Shown here: positions 20,125-28,619 of the stretch, one piece after another
How the letters are laid out: each line of letters opens with the position of its first letter
How positions within the stretch are numbered: the first letter of the stretch is position 1
Assembly (NCBI GenBank): GCA_965657355.1
Contig: CBFHOE010000004.1
Coordinates: 6,072 to 70,071 of the forward strand
From: Limisphaerales bacterium
GTDB lineage: Bacteria > Verrucomicrobiota > Verrucomicrobiia > Limisphaerales > JAJOIW01
Direction: 5' to 3'
DNA: 64,000 bases
Translations under genes and position numbers: made by a program
The notes under the pieces: model-generated
Told to the model about the DNA's origin: nothing
The model's database searches: none
The model's input: only the letters and a program-made list of their open reading frames with translations

Positions 20125-21153
20125 TCATTGGCCGAGATAAAGGTCTCTGCCCTTTGCTAAACTCTGGATTTTTCGGTCGGCTATGGATCTTTTCAACATC
20201 CAGAAACCGCAATCAGGATGAATACACCGGATTCTCTCCGGGCCAAGGTAATTAGCGGCTTTTTCTATTCGCTTTGCAATTTCATCTGGTGTCTCGATAT
20301 GATTGATTTTAATATCCACTACCCCAATCCCAATTCCTAAGTCGGCTCTTAGCTCTTTTAAGGCATGCAAGTCACTCTCTGGTCTATGGGCTAATTCCAA
20401 AACTAGATGATCTGCCTTCAATCCGTTGAGAAAAGCTAGCAAAGATTCCCACTTTCCTGACTGAATTGTTTGTCCTCCGTAGTTGCCAAAACAAAAGTGA
20501 ACTGCTGATTTTGATTTTACCTTATCCAAAATCTTATTTATGGCTGTCATTGCAAGTGGGGCATCTTCTGGGTTTCCTGGAATGTTAGCTTCGTCGACCT
20601 GAACACAATCGCAGTTAAGTTCCTCTACTTGCGAAGCTAGTGTGTCAGCAATAGCCAATGTTAATGACTCAAAGTCACCATAATAGTTATCGAGTAACGT
20701 CCGCGATAACATATACGGACTCGTCAAGGTAAACTTAAAAGCTCCGCCTGCAGCTTGAGCTGCCCTTTGACAATCCTCTGGTAAATTTAATATTCCTTCC
20801 CCGATGGCTTCATCTACCACAGCAGCAGGCTTAGTTCGGAATCGCATTTCCTTTTTTTCCCTGAATGCCGTAGAATCAGCACGACCGACATTTGATCGGC
20901 ACCCTGAGAATTTGGATACAAAATATTCTATCATACCATTTGTCTCTGGGTGGTTAGGGTCAAAGCGATAGAGTTCCCCATCTGTGGGTAAATCTATTCC
21001 TGATTGTCGTTGCGAATCAAAGACAACGCGTGTGGCATCAATCACAGCTTGTTCCGATGGTGAAGAGACAAGCCAATCTGGCAGTGGATAGGACCCCACC
21101 GTGGTGGTGTATATTTTTCCTGAATTTAAAAAATCTGGTTCTTGTGCGTTCAT
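20125..21153 (-). CDS. Single-barrel cobalamin-independent methionine synthase II (MetE C-terminal-like) family protein
   Basis: TTTVGSYP, TDGE, VQVDEA, Zn ligands HFC...E...PDCG; 342 aa, lacks the N-terminal MetE barrel. Confidence 0.85.
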   Translation of the reverse strand: MNAQEPDFLNSGKIYTTTVGSYPLPDWLVSSPSEQAVIDATRVVFDSQRQSGIDLPTDGELYRFDPNHPETNGMIEYFVSKFSGCRSNVGRADSTAFREKKEMRFRTKPAAVVDEAIGEGILNLPEDCQRAAQAAGGAFKFTLTSPYMLSRTLLDNYYGDFESLTLAIADTLASQVEELNCDCVQVDEANIPGNPEDAPLAMTAINKILDKVKSKSAVHFCFGNYGGQTIQSGKWESLLAFLNGLKADHLVLELAHRPESDLHALKELRADLGIGIGVVDIKINHIETPDEIAKRIEKAANYLGPERIRCIHPDCGFWMLKRSIADRKIQSLAKGRDLYLGQ

Positions 21154-21230
21154 GAATATAAGTATGCTGAAACGATAATTCTCATTCGAGTATATTTTTC
21201 TTAATTGATTCTTATTTGAAATTATTCACC

Positions 21231-21881
21231 ATGGCATGGATGTATCTGCTCGATTTTCCAGATCCTGAATCTGCCGACGAGGACGGTCTTGTGGGTGTTG
21301 GTGGGAGTCTACATGTAGAAAATTTAATAAAAGCCTATTCGATGGGGATTTACCCATGGACTGCTGATCCCGTTTCCTGGTGGAGTCCCGATCCTAGGGC
21401 TATTATTGAAGTCGGCCAACTTCATGTAGGTCGCAGTTTAAGGCGTTTTATTAAACGTCATATCTTTGAAATATCTTTTAATAGAGATTTTGATTCAGTT
21501 ATCCGGCAGTGCAGTATTGATAGACCGGAAGGAACGTGGATAGAGCCATCAATTAGAGATGCATATATCGAGTTACACAGGGAAGGTGTTGCTCATAGTG
21601 TGGAAATCTGGGACAAAGGCGAGCTTGTTGGAGGCTTATACGGAGTCGCCATAAATGGGCTTTTTGCGGGAGAATCAATGTTTAGTAGAAAATCCAATGC
21701 CTCCAAACTGGCTCTTTTCGCTCTAATGGATAAGCTAGTTCAATCCGGATTTAAACTTTTTGATATCCAAATGCTGACCCCTGTGACCGAGGCTATGGGG
21801 GGGGTAGAGATTTCAAGAACTGAATACCTCAGCCGCCTTCGAAGCGCTATGGAAGTTTCATGTCGCTTTGAGTTTAAGTAA
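21231..21881 (+). CDS. aat: Leucyl/phenylalanyl-tRNA-protein transferase
   Basis: AYSMGIYPW, WWSPDPRA, GTWI, AHSVE, LVGGLYG, FAGESMFS, NASK. Confidence 0.95.
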   Translation: MAWMYLLDFPDPESADEDGLVGVGGSLHVENLIKAYSMGIYPWTADPVSWWSPDPRAIIEVGQLHVGRSLRRFIKRHIFEISFNRDFDSVIRQCSIDRPEGTWIEPSIRDAYIELHREGVAHSVEIWDKGELVGGLYGVAINGLFAGESMFSRKSNASKLALFALMDKLVQSGFKLFDIQMLTPVTEAMGGVEISRTEYLSRLRSAMEVSCRFEFK

Positions 21882-21963
21882 AACTTGCAATAGGCCTCTT
21901 TTCTTGGCTTGAAGTAAATATTCGCAAATTTGGCCAAATCTGGTATCCATTTGAATCTCTTTT

Positions 21964-22659
21964 ATGGAAGAATTAAAAAAGTGGATCACCGATAAGCCGG
22001 ATAGGGCTCGATGGGCACCTTATTTTCTATTTGTCATCATTACTGCCATGCAAGGCATGCTGGGAGATGACAGCTCATATTGGATGTATGCCTTAAAAAC
22101 CGCCATAGGTGCATGGATGATCTGGGCTACGTGGGGTGTGGTAAAGGAAATGAGATGGACCATAAGCTGGGAAGCGGTTGCCGTTGGCTTTGTTGTCTTT
22201 GGCCTTTGGGTCGGCCTTGATGGTTTATACCCCCCCATTGATAAAATATTATCATGGGATATTCCAGAAGAGAGGGAGGCTACTTGGAACCCTTTCGAGA
22301 TGTATGGGGCAGGTAGCCTATTGGGTTGGTTTTACATTGTGATAAGAATTGCTGGTAGTTCATTGGTCGTTCCCCTAATTGAAGAGACATTCTTTAGGAG
22401 CTTTGTTTACAGGTGGCTGATCAGTGAGAAATTCGAACAAATTCCTCTCGGTAAATTTGAGAAAAGGTCATTTTTCATGACATGTATTGTATTCGGACTC
22501 ATCCATTTTGAATGGCTACCAGGAATTTTATGTGGATTTCTGTATATGGGATTGGTAATTCGAAAAAAGAGACTTGGAGACGCTATCACGGCTCATGCTA
22601 TTACCAATTTCCTACTCGGTTTATACGTTGTGATTTTTGAACGCTATTACTATTGGTAA
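21964..22659 (+). CDS. CAAX prenyl protease-related (CPBP/Abi) membrane metalloprotease
   Basis: VVPLIEETFFR, FGLIH, AHAITN motifs; multi-TM. Confidence 0.85.
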   Translation: MEELKKWITDKPDRARWAPYFLFVIITAMQGMLGDDSSYWMYALKTAIGAWMIWATWGVVKEMRWTISWEAVAVGFVVFGLWVGLDGLYPPIDKILSWDIPEEREATWNPFEMYGAGSLLGWFYIVIRIAGSSLVVPLIEETFFRSFVYRWLISEKFEQIPLGKFEKRSFFMTCIVFGLIHFEWLPGILCGFLYMGLVIRKKRLGDAITAHAITNFLLGLYVVIFERYYYW

Positions 22660-23906
22660 TGAGCGATGCCATATTCCAAGTAAGGGAAGACTCCAGGTTC
22701 CCTTGTATATTAAAAGACAAGGAACTTGGCCTCTGTGCCTATAGACCAAATGATTGGAATTTGGTCCAACAAGGTCCGTATCATCCACCAGGTTTTATTG
22801 AATGGCTTAATGAATGCCCTGAGTTGTATGCGGTGGATATTCAGAAAAACTGGTTTGAAAAACCAAATCATTGGATTGGTCTAACAGGAAAAAATATTGG
22901 TAAAAAAGTATTTCCCCGCTCACGTAATGTTTTGGGGGCTTCTGGGAATATGATTGAATCCCTTTTTAATCCTAACTACACCAACGCCTATAGAATTGCA
23001 CATGCAGAAGTCACATCGCGGGAGCCCGTTTGTGTTGATAGATGGGGTAACCTCTTATTGGTAAATTCCGCGCTTGAGTACAAACGAATATCATCGGAGC
23101 GCCGATTCGCCATTGAAATTTTTTTTCGGGAGAATCATCTTGAGAGTATTTATTTTCAGAAATGGGAAAAATCGGTTCGCGGAGTTGATCTACAAAAGCT
23201 TGCCCCGAATCGATTAATTGGAACGGAGGCTTCATTTCCGACTACTGTGCTTGAAAATGGGCTCAAATATTTAATTCGATTTGATCAAGGTCTTTCAGTT
23301 GGGCTTTTTCTTGACCATAGAGAAAATAGACGAAGATGGATTGATAAGGAAATAGAGCCAGGCTGGAATATTCCCGCCAGCGGTGAGGTTTTAAATACGT
23401 TTGCCTATACTTGTGGCTTTTCATTGGCTGCAGCCTCCATAGGTTGGAAAACAACAAGTTTGGATCTATCACCTAAATACTTGGAATGGGGGAAAAAGAA
23501 TTATCACGAAAACGATATTTCATTGGATAGGCATGACTTCATTTTTGGGGACACTTTCGACTGGATGAATAGGTGGAAAAAGAGAGGTCGATTCTTCGAT
23601 GCAATCATTTTGGACCCTCCTACATTTTCAAAGTTTGGTAAAAAGAAATCTCATACTTTTCGAGCGGAAAGAGATTATGAAAGGTTAGTTGCTCTTGCTG
23701 GATTGATTCTCAAAAAGGGTGGGCTTTTACTGGCTTCAACAAATTCTCAAAAAATCAAACCAAGTCATTTTCTAAAACAGTGTTTACATGGTCTGGAGTC
23801 ATCAGGTCATTCCGTCAGGAGGTATAAATTCACGGGGCAAGGGGTTGATTTTATGATTGATAAAAACGCGACTCCACACCTGAAGGCTTATTGGTTTCAA
23901 TTATAG
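22659..23906 (+). CDS. Class I SAM-dependent rRNA methyltransferase, RlmI/RlmK-like
   Basis: GLFLDHRENR, VLNTFAYTCGFS, DLSPKYLEWG, IILDPPTFS; ATG overlaps upstream TAA. Confidence 0.85.
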   Translation: MSDAIFQVREDSRFPCILKDKELGLCAYRPNDWNLVQQGPYHPPGFIEWLNECPELYAVDIQKNWFEKPNHWIGLTGKNIGKKVFPRSRNVLGASGNMIESLFNPNYTNAYRIAHAEVTSREPVCVDRWGNLLLVNSALEYKRISSERRFAIEIFFRENHLESIYFQKWEKSVRGVDLQKLAPNRLIGTEASFPTTVLENGLKYLIRFDQGLSVGLFLDHRENRRRWIDKEIEPGWNIPASGEVLNTFAYTCGFSLAAASIGWKTTSLDLSPKYLEWGKKNYHENDISLDRHDFIFGDTFDWMNRWKKRGRFFDAIILDPPTFSKFGKKKSHTFRAERDYERLVALAGLILKKGGLLLASTNSQKIKPSHFLKQCLHGLESSGHSVRRYKFTGQGVDFMIDKNATPHLKAYWFQL

Positions 23907-23989
23907 ATTAACTCGATGTTTAACTTCATCCGGTAACCAATAAAATACCTTCATTGCAATTATCGATAAGTTGATGAGTAAAGTTACAT

Positions 23990-24170
23990 AGCGAACCCCG
24001 AACTCAGCTTGAGAAATAAATCCGGGATTAGGCGATAATAATGCATAATTTAGAAACCTTTCAGGTCATCGACTAGAGGGGGAGGGTCTGTGGGATCTTC
24101 TGGAACGCGAAGCTAACCTCTCACGCGACAGATGGGCAAACTGCTAACAGGTTTTTGTTTTTGCCCCAAA
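23990..24170. ncRNA. Candidate structured non-coding RNA, unassigned
   Basis: GC-richer island between convergent genes with several hairpins and a possible pseudoknot; no credible ORF; no confident family match. Confidence 0.3.
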
Positions 24171-24214
24171 GTAAATTTCATTTCCCATGAACTTCGACGG
24201 GAGGAATAAACGAC

Positions 24215-24248
24215 AAAAAAATTGAGTGGAATCTCTTCCACTCAATTT
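24215..24248 (-). terminator. Rho-independent terminator for the nagX-like gene
   Basis: Perfect 13-bp stem AAATTGAGTGGAA / TTCCACTCAATTT, 4-nt loop, T7 on the minus strand. Confidence 0.85.
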
Positions 24249-24276
24249 GAAATAAGATGTGACTTTTTATATTTGT

Positions 24277-25857
24277 TTAGACTCTTAGAAAGATTTTTTT
24301 GCTATGAAGGAACCTAAGAAGAGCTAAAGCAAAGCAGACAGCTACGAGCCATGTCACCAGCTCAGAATATATTCCTAAGCTCGAGGCAATATTGAATTGT
24401 ACAATTCTTTCTGCCAATGATTGGAAGTCAATAATTTGCCACCCCAAATATATCGTGATGGCATTAGATCCGATCCATACGAAAGGAATAGCCCAAAAGC
24501 TAAATTTCCATGTATCTATGACGAGGTAGAAAAATGCCAGGAGTAATAAGCTCCAGCCACCAGCCATCAAAACGAACGAGGATGTCCATAAATTTTTGAT
24601 TATAGGAAAGAAAAGGCCCCAGACAAATGCCAATAGAAGGGAAACGACTCCAGATAGTAGCAGCATATTAATTTTCCAGATTTTCTTTTTATCTGGATTT
24701 ATCAAAATGAGTCCAGCAAACACACCTAGGAGGCATGATCCAACTGCTGGAATGTTGCTAAGTAATCCTTCGGGGTCATAATCTTTTCCTCCCCACTTGT
24801 ATCCTCCTAAGTAATTTTTATCAAAGTTGTTTACCAGGTTCTTGTCCGCTCCTTCTTCAAATCGTTCTTGGGAGGTCAAATCAGATGATCCTTCAAATGG
24901 CACAAAAGCTACAGCTCCATAATACCCCATGAGAATAATTGCGAAACCAATGATTAAAGCCCTCAACGGAAAAAATAGATACAAAGTTGCCGTGATACCA
25001 TAGGTTAAGGCCAGCCTTTGCAGGACTCCCATATATCTTAAATCTCCGGCTTCAACAATTCTTGAATCCCCTGCGTAATAGAATAATCCAAGGCAGTATA
25101 AAAATAAGGTCCTCCAAAGAATTTTAGAAAATATTTTAAGCTTCGTATCCGTTTGTCTTCTTTTATTAATACTAAAAACCATTGAAGCTCCAATGATGAA
25201 AACAAACATGGGAAAAATTAGATCGATGAAATGGAATCCTTCCCATGAAACGTGTTCCAATTGTATTGTGATAAAAGACAAAACTGTTTTCACGCCTGCT
25301 GGGACATTTTCGAACTGATCAGACCGTAAAAGGTTTGTGAGAGCAGTGAAAAGTTCATGAGCTCCTACAATCCAGAACATTGAAAACCCTCGGAGAGCAT
25401 CCAAAGACACCAGCCTTTCATTTAATGCTGGAATCGATGGTTTTTCCTGTAGCCCATTTTTTGTTACGGCTGGGGAGGTAGCTGAATTATCCTCAACGTC
25501 ATCATCAGTCGCTGTTTCCTCAGCCGAGCTATGATCCGATGTACTTGATGGGCTCTTTTCTGAATCTGAACCCGGTGTATTTTGGCTTAATTCGGCTGGA
25601 GATTCAGGACCAGATTCTTGATCTGTTAGGCTGCTAGCCACATCACCATTACCGCTATCTGCATCCAAAAATTTATCAGATTCTATTATGGTTTCAGGCA
25701 TGAATGGAGTATCCAGGCCATCTTGGTCAGATTCTTTGCTTTCTGGCGGCTGAGAACCTGGGTCCTCTGATGGGGGAGTAACACTTAGTCGATAAGTTTT
25801 ATGAGATGGGCTTTTTGACTCATCCTTTGAGTCGGGCTGATTGGGCTGATCGTTCAT
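24277..25857 (-). CDS. Heparan-alpha-glucosaminide N-acetyltransferase-like (NagX/DUF5009) membrane protein with long acidic N-terminal extension
   Basis: RLVSLDALRG, HVSWEG..FIDLIFPMF, GVLQR, DPEGLLS, PIIKNLWTSSF. Confidence 0.85.
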   Translation of the reverse strand: MNDQPNQPDSKDESKSPSHKTYRLSVTPPSEDPGSQPPESKESDQDGLDTPFMPETIIESDKFLDADSGNGDVASSLTDQESGPESPAELSQNTPGSDSEKSPSSTSDHSSAEETATDDDVEDNSATSPAVTKNGLQEKPSIPALNERLVSLDALRGFSMFWIVGAHELFTALTNLLRSDQFENVPAGVKTVLSFITIQLEHVSWEGFHFIDLIFPMFVFIIGASMVFSINKRRQTDTKLKIFSKILWRTLFLYCLGLFYYAGDSRIVEAGDLRYMGVLQRLALTYGITATLYLFFPLRALIIGFAIILMGYYGAVAFVPFEGSSDLTSQERFEEGADKNLVNNFDKNYLGGYKWGGKDYDPEGLLSNIPAVGSCLLGVFAGLILINPDKKKIWKINMLLLSGVVSLLLAFVWGLFFPIIKNLWTSSFVLMAGGWSLLLLAFFYLVIDTWKFSFWAIPFVWIGSNAITIYLGWQIIDFQSLAERIVQFNIASSLGIYSELVTWLVAVCFALALLRFLHSKKIFLRV

Positions 25858-26026
25858 CCGATTCGTCTTTTATTGGATTGGTTAAATTAGGTGTGTCGAC
25901 CACTGAGGATCTTTAGAAAATTCCGTTTAAAGATCACCAATGTATGGCTAATCATTCATGACAATGATGTAGCTGATGAATAAATTATTCGAATGCAGCA
26001 GAAAACTCAATGATTTTGAGTCTCCA

Positions 26027-27331
26027 TCAGGGGCGCTTTTTAGTTTTTTTTCTAAGATCAACGGCGACAAATGAAGAATCTGATTTTACTAGATAAATTC
26101 CGCGTACTAAAGCTGGATGAGCTCTTGTTTCTCCGGAAATGACAGGAATACGTCTTTTTATGGCCATTTTTTTAGGTGAAACTTCAAATAACCAAAGTTC
26201 TCCGTCGTCCATTTGGGCTATGGTAAGGTTTTTTGCATTAATGATTGCAGCCCCAGATCGCCATTTCTTGGACCATTCCACTTTCCCGCTTTTGAGATTC
26301 ACACACCTAAAGGAAAGGTCACCTGGAAAATCGACTCTTCCATGAATTCCATACAGATATCCATTAATGAGAACGGGGGTTGTGTAATGCGATGAAAGGG
26401 AATCATCATTATCCCAAATTTTTTTTAAAGTGCCCTGATTGTAATTAAAAAATACAGCTCCGGTATTGTAGCTAGATGTAATAAAAATATGGTTTCCGTC
26501 TATAACCGGAGAAGCTGCATTCACTGACGCATTGATACTGGATCTCCATTTTTCCCGGAAAATTTCTTTCCCGACTTCTGGATCAATGCCTAATAATCCG
26601 TATCTGTTAAAAACAGCTAATACTGATTTTGTCCCGAAATCGGCAATGATCGGTGAAGAATAACCCGCTTCATCCGAGTTGGTATTCCAGATCAGCTCAC
26701 CTGTTTCATGATGTAGTGCAATGACCCCGTGGTTTCTTTTTCCTCCAATGTTCAATATAAGTTTTTCACCATGAATCAATGGAGAGCATACAAGGCCGAA
26801 AAACCCGGTATCCGCTCCAAATTTTTTGTCTGTATTTACAACCCATTTGAGATCACCGTTTTTAATGTCTAGTGCTCTTACGACACCGTTTGGTGAAACA
26901 AGGAATAGAGTGCTATTACTTATCAGTGGCGTGGCTCGAGGCCCGTTATCAAATCCAAAGGAGTCTCTGTATGTGGTGGGAAGCTTCTTTTCCCAGATAA
27001 GATTACCACTAAATAAATCGAAACACTCCACTGATTCGTCTTTTGATGGTCTGTGGTAAAGGATCGCTACTTTTCCATCCGAAACAGGACCACTCCATCC
27101 TTCTCCAGCTTTCTTCTTCCAGAGAAACTGAGGTCTTTTTTGCGGCCAATCAGATGTAATCTCTATTGAAGTTTGTCCATTTCGATTTGGTCCAAGGTGC
27201 TGGTTCCATTCATTGGCCGCACCGACAATTTGTATGCAGAACAAAATCCAAATGATGCCATGTCTTAGCACTTTCTCCCTATCATAGCACAATGTGCTTT
27301 TGGGTTTCTTGGCAGGAAAACAAATATTCAT
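26027..27331 (-). CDS. PQQ-like beta-propeller repeat protein (BamB-like family expanded in PVC bacteria)
   Basis: WNQHLGPNRNG, GPRATP, repeated ALDxxxGxxxW motifs; true start probably downstream of the first ATG. Confidence 0.85.
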   Translation of the reverse strand: MNICFPAKKPKSTLCYDREKVLRHGIIWILFCIQIVGAANEWNQHLGPNRNGQTSIEITSDWPQKRPQFLWKKKAGEGWSGPVSDGKVAILYHRPSKDESVECFDLFSGNLIWEKKLPTTYRDSFGFDNGPRATPLISNSTLFLVSPNGVVRALDIKNGDLKWVVNTDKKFGADTGFFGLVCSPLIHGEKLILNIGGKRNHGVIALHHETGELIWNTNSDEAGYSSPIIADFGTKSVLAVFNRYGLLGIDPEVGKEIFREKWRSSINASVNAASPVIDGNHIFITSSYNTGAVFFNYNQGTLKKIWDNDDSLSSHYTTPVLINGYLYGIHGRVDFPGDLSFRCVNLKSGKVEWSKKWRSGAAIINAKNLTIAQMDDGELWLFEVSPKKMAIKRRIPVISGETRAHPALVRGIYLVKSDSSFVAVDLRKKTKKRP

Positions 27332-27612
27332 TAGAAAAGTAATAAAATTAAAATTAGGGAAATGGTTATTAATATAGTCACGATGGAATAAGTGAGTGAC
27401 TTATTCTTTGTGAAGGTTTGGTTTGGAGATTTTGAGAATTCATTTCTAATGAATTCTTCATAGTCAAACTCTTCTTCAACTAGGCCGAGCGATTGATCGT
27501 AAGACTCATCTTTCCATCCTGTTTCATCACAAGAGCCGCAATCGGGGCAGGCGATGGATCTCTCCGGAATTTCGGCGCCACAATTAGGGCACGTCTCGTC
27601 GGCAAAAGTCAT
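27331..27612 (-). CDS. Zinc-ribbon protein with C-terminal TM helix
   Basis: CPNCG..CPDCG, acidic linker (FDYEEF), hydrophobic C-terminus. Confidence 0.75.
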   Translation of the reverse strand: MTFADETCPNCGAEIPERSIACPDCGSCDETGWKDESYDQSLGLVEEEFDYEEFIRNEFSKSPNQTFTKNKSLTYSIVTILITISLILILLLF

Positions 27613-27639
27613 GTTTATTGTTATTTTTTGGGTGAGAGA

Positions 27640-28515
27640 TCAAATCGATCCAAGAATTCCTTTTTGGAATCCCCATTTTGAGGTATCTACAGAGAGCGGA
27701 TTGACACCCCAATACCCTGCAAGCGCGTAAATTTGATCAATATTTTTATAGATATTTGGGTTCACATGTCCAAAAGAGCCATCCTGATTTTCAGGCATAG
27801 GGCTACAATAATCTAAAATCATCATTCTTAATTTTCTTTCTGCTTCAGTAACCTTGCCGTGGTTCCACAATGTATTTCCATCCCATGCATATGCTCTTAA
27901 AAATTTCCCATTGTGAGAATTTATCCAACAGTGGGATCCTGTTATTGGATCGACTGAAAAAAATTGAACCGTACCGTATGAAATGCTGATTTGTCTTAGA
28001 AAATGAAAGAGGTCGTCAATATCACAATAATGAGTTTTTAATGGCTCCCCAAAAACCATAGTCCAACCATTCGTTGGAGGAGCTATAAATATCTTCTCAC
28101 TCTGATCGAGGCAATCGATAGGGTCCCAATCAATTCTTTCACAATCTTTGATACCAAAAGTTTTTTCGACATTTATGAGTTGAGAACTATGGATTGCTAT
28201 CCATGTCTTTGGGGGTTTTAGTGCTAAGTCTTTTTCTATATCCTGTGAGTTTTGAGGCTGTCCGCTTGGCATATTTTCATGCCAAGAGTCATAAAGATCT
28301 TTCTCTTGGGATTTGATATGATCGGATTTTCTTTTTTTTCGGATTACCTGAAACGCCATAACCAAAAAGATCCCGCCAATTGCCAAAATCTTTAGGAGCA
28401 GGACCAGCAACAAAATAGCCATGGCGTCTTGATCACCATTTAGGATATTTTTATCGATGCTCAATTCCAAAGGAGAAGTCACTAATCCAAGGAATATTGA
28501 TTGGCTGCTTTCCAT
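27640..28515 (-). CDS. Conserved hypothetical membrane-anchored protein
   Basis: 291 aa, one N-terminal TM helix, globular region with PP..W, GWT and RAYAW motifs; co-oriented with its neighbours. Confidence 0.6.
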   Translation of the reverse strand: MESSQSIFLGLVTSPLELSIDKNILNGDQDAMAILLLVLLLKILAIGGIFLVMAFQVIRKKRKSDHIKSQEKDLYDSWHENMPSGQPQNSQDIEKDLALKPPKTWIAIHSSQLINVEKTFGIKDCERIDWDPIDCLDQSEKIFIAPPTNGWTMVFGEPLKTHYCDIDDLFHFLRQISISYGTVQFFSVDPITGSHCWINSHNGKFLRAYAWDGNTLWNHGKVTEAERKLRMMILDYCSPMPENQDGSFGHVNPNIYKNIDQIYALAGYWGVNPLSVDTSKWGFQKGILGSI

Positions 28516-28619
28516 ATAAGATGTTGCTTATTTAGTTAACCCAATATGCATCAAAATTAAAGAAAAACTAATACGTAAACCCATATCTTTTTTCCGATTA
28601 AGAAGTCTTTTACTAATCC

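Noticed and set aside
24050..24135. Firm call as a glycine or c-di-AMP riboswitch
   Set aside because: Only partial motifs, missing helices and no downstream gene on that strand; kept only as an unassigned candidate.
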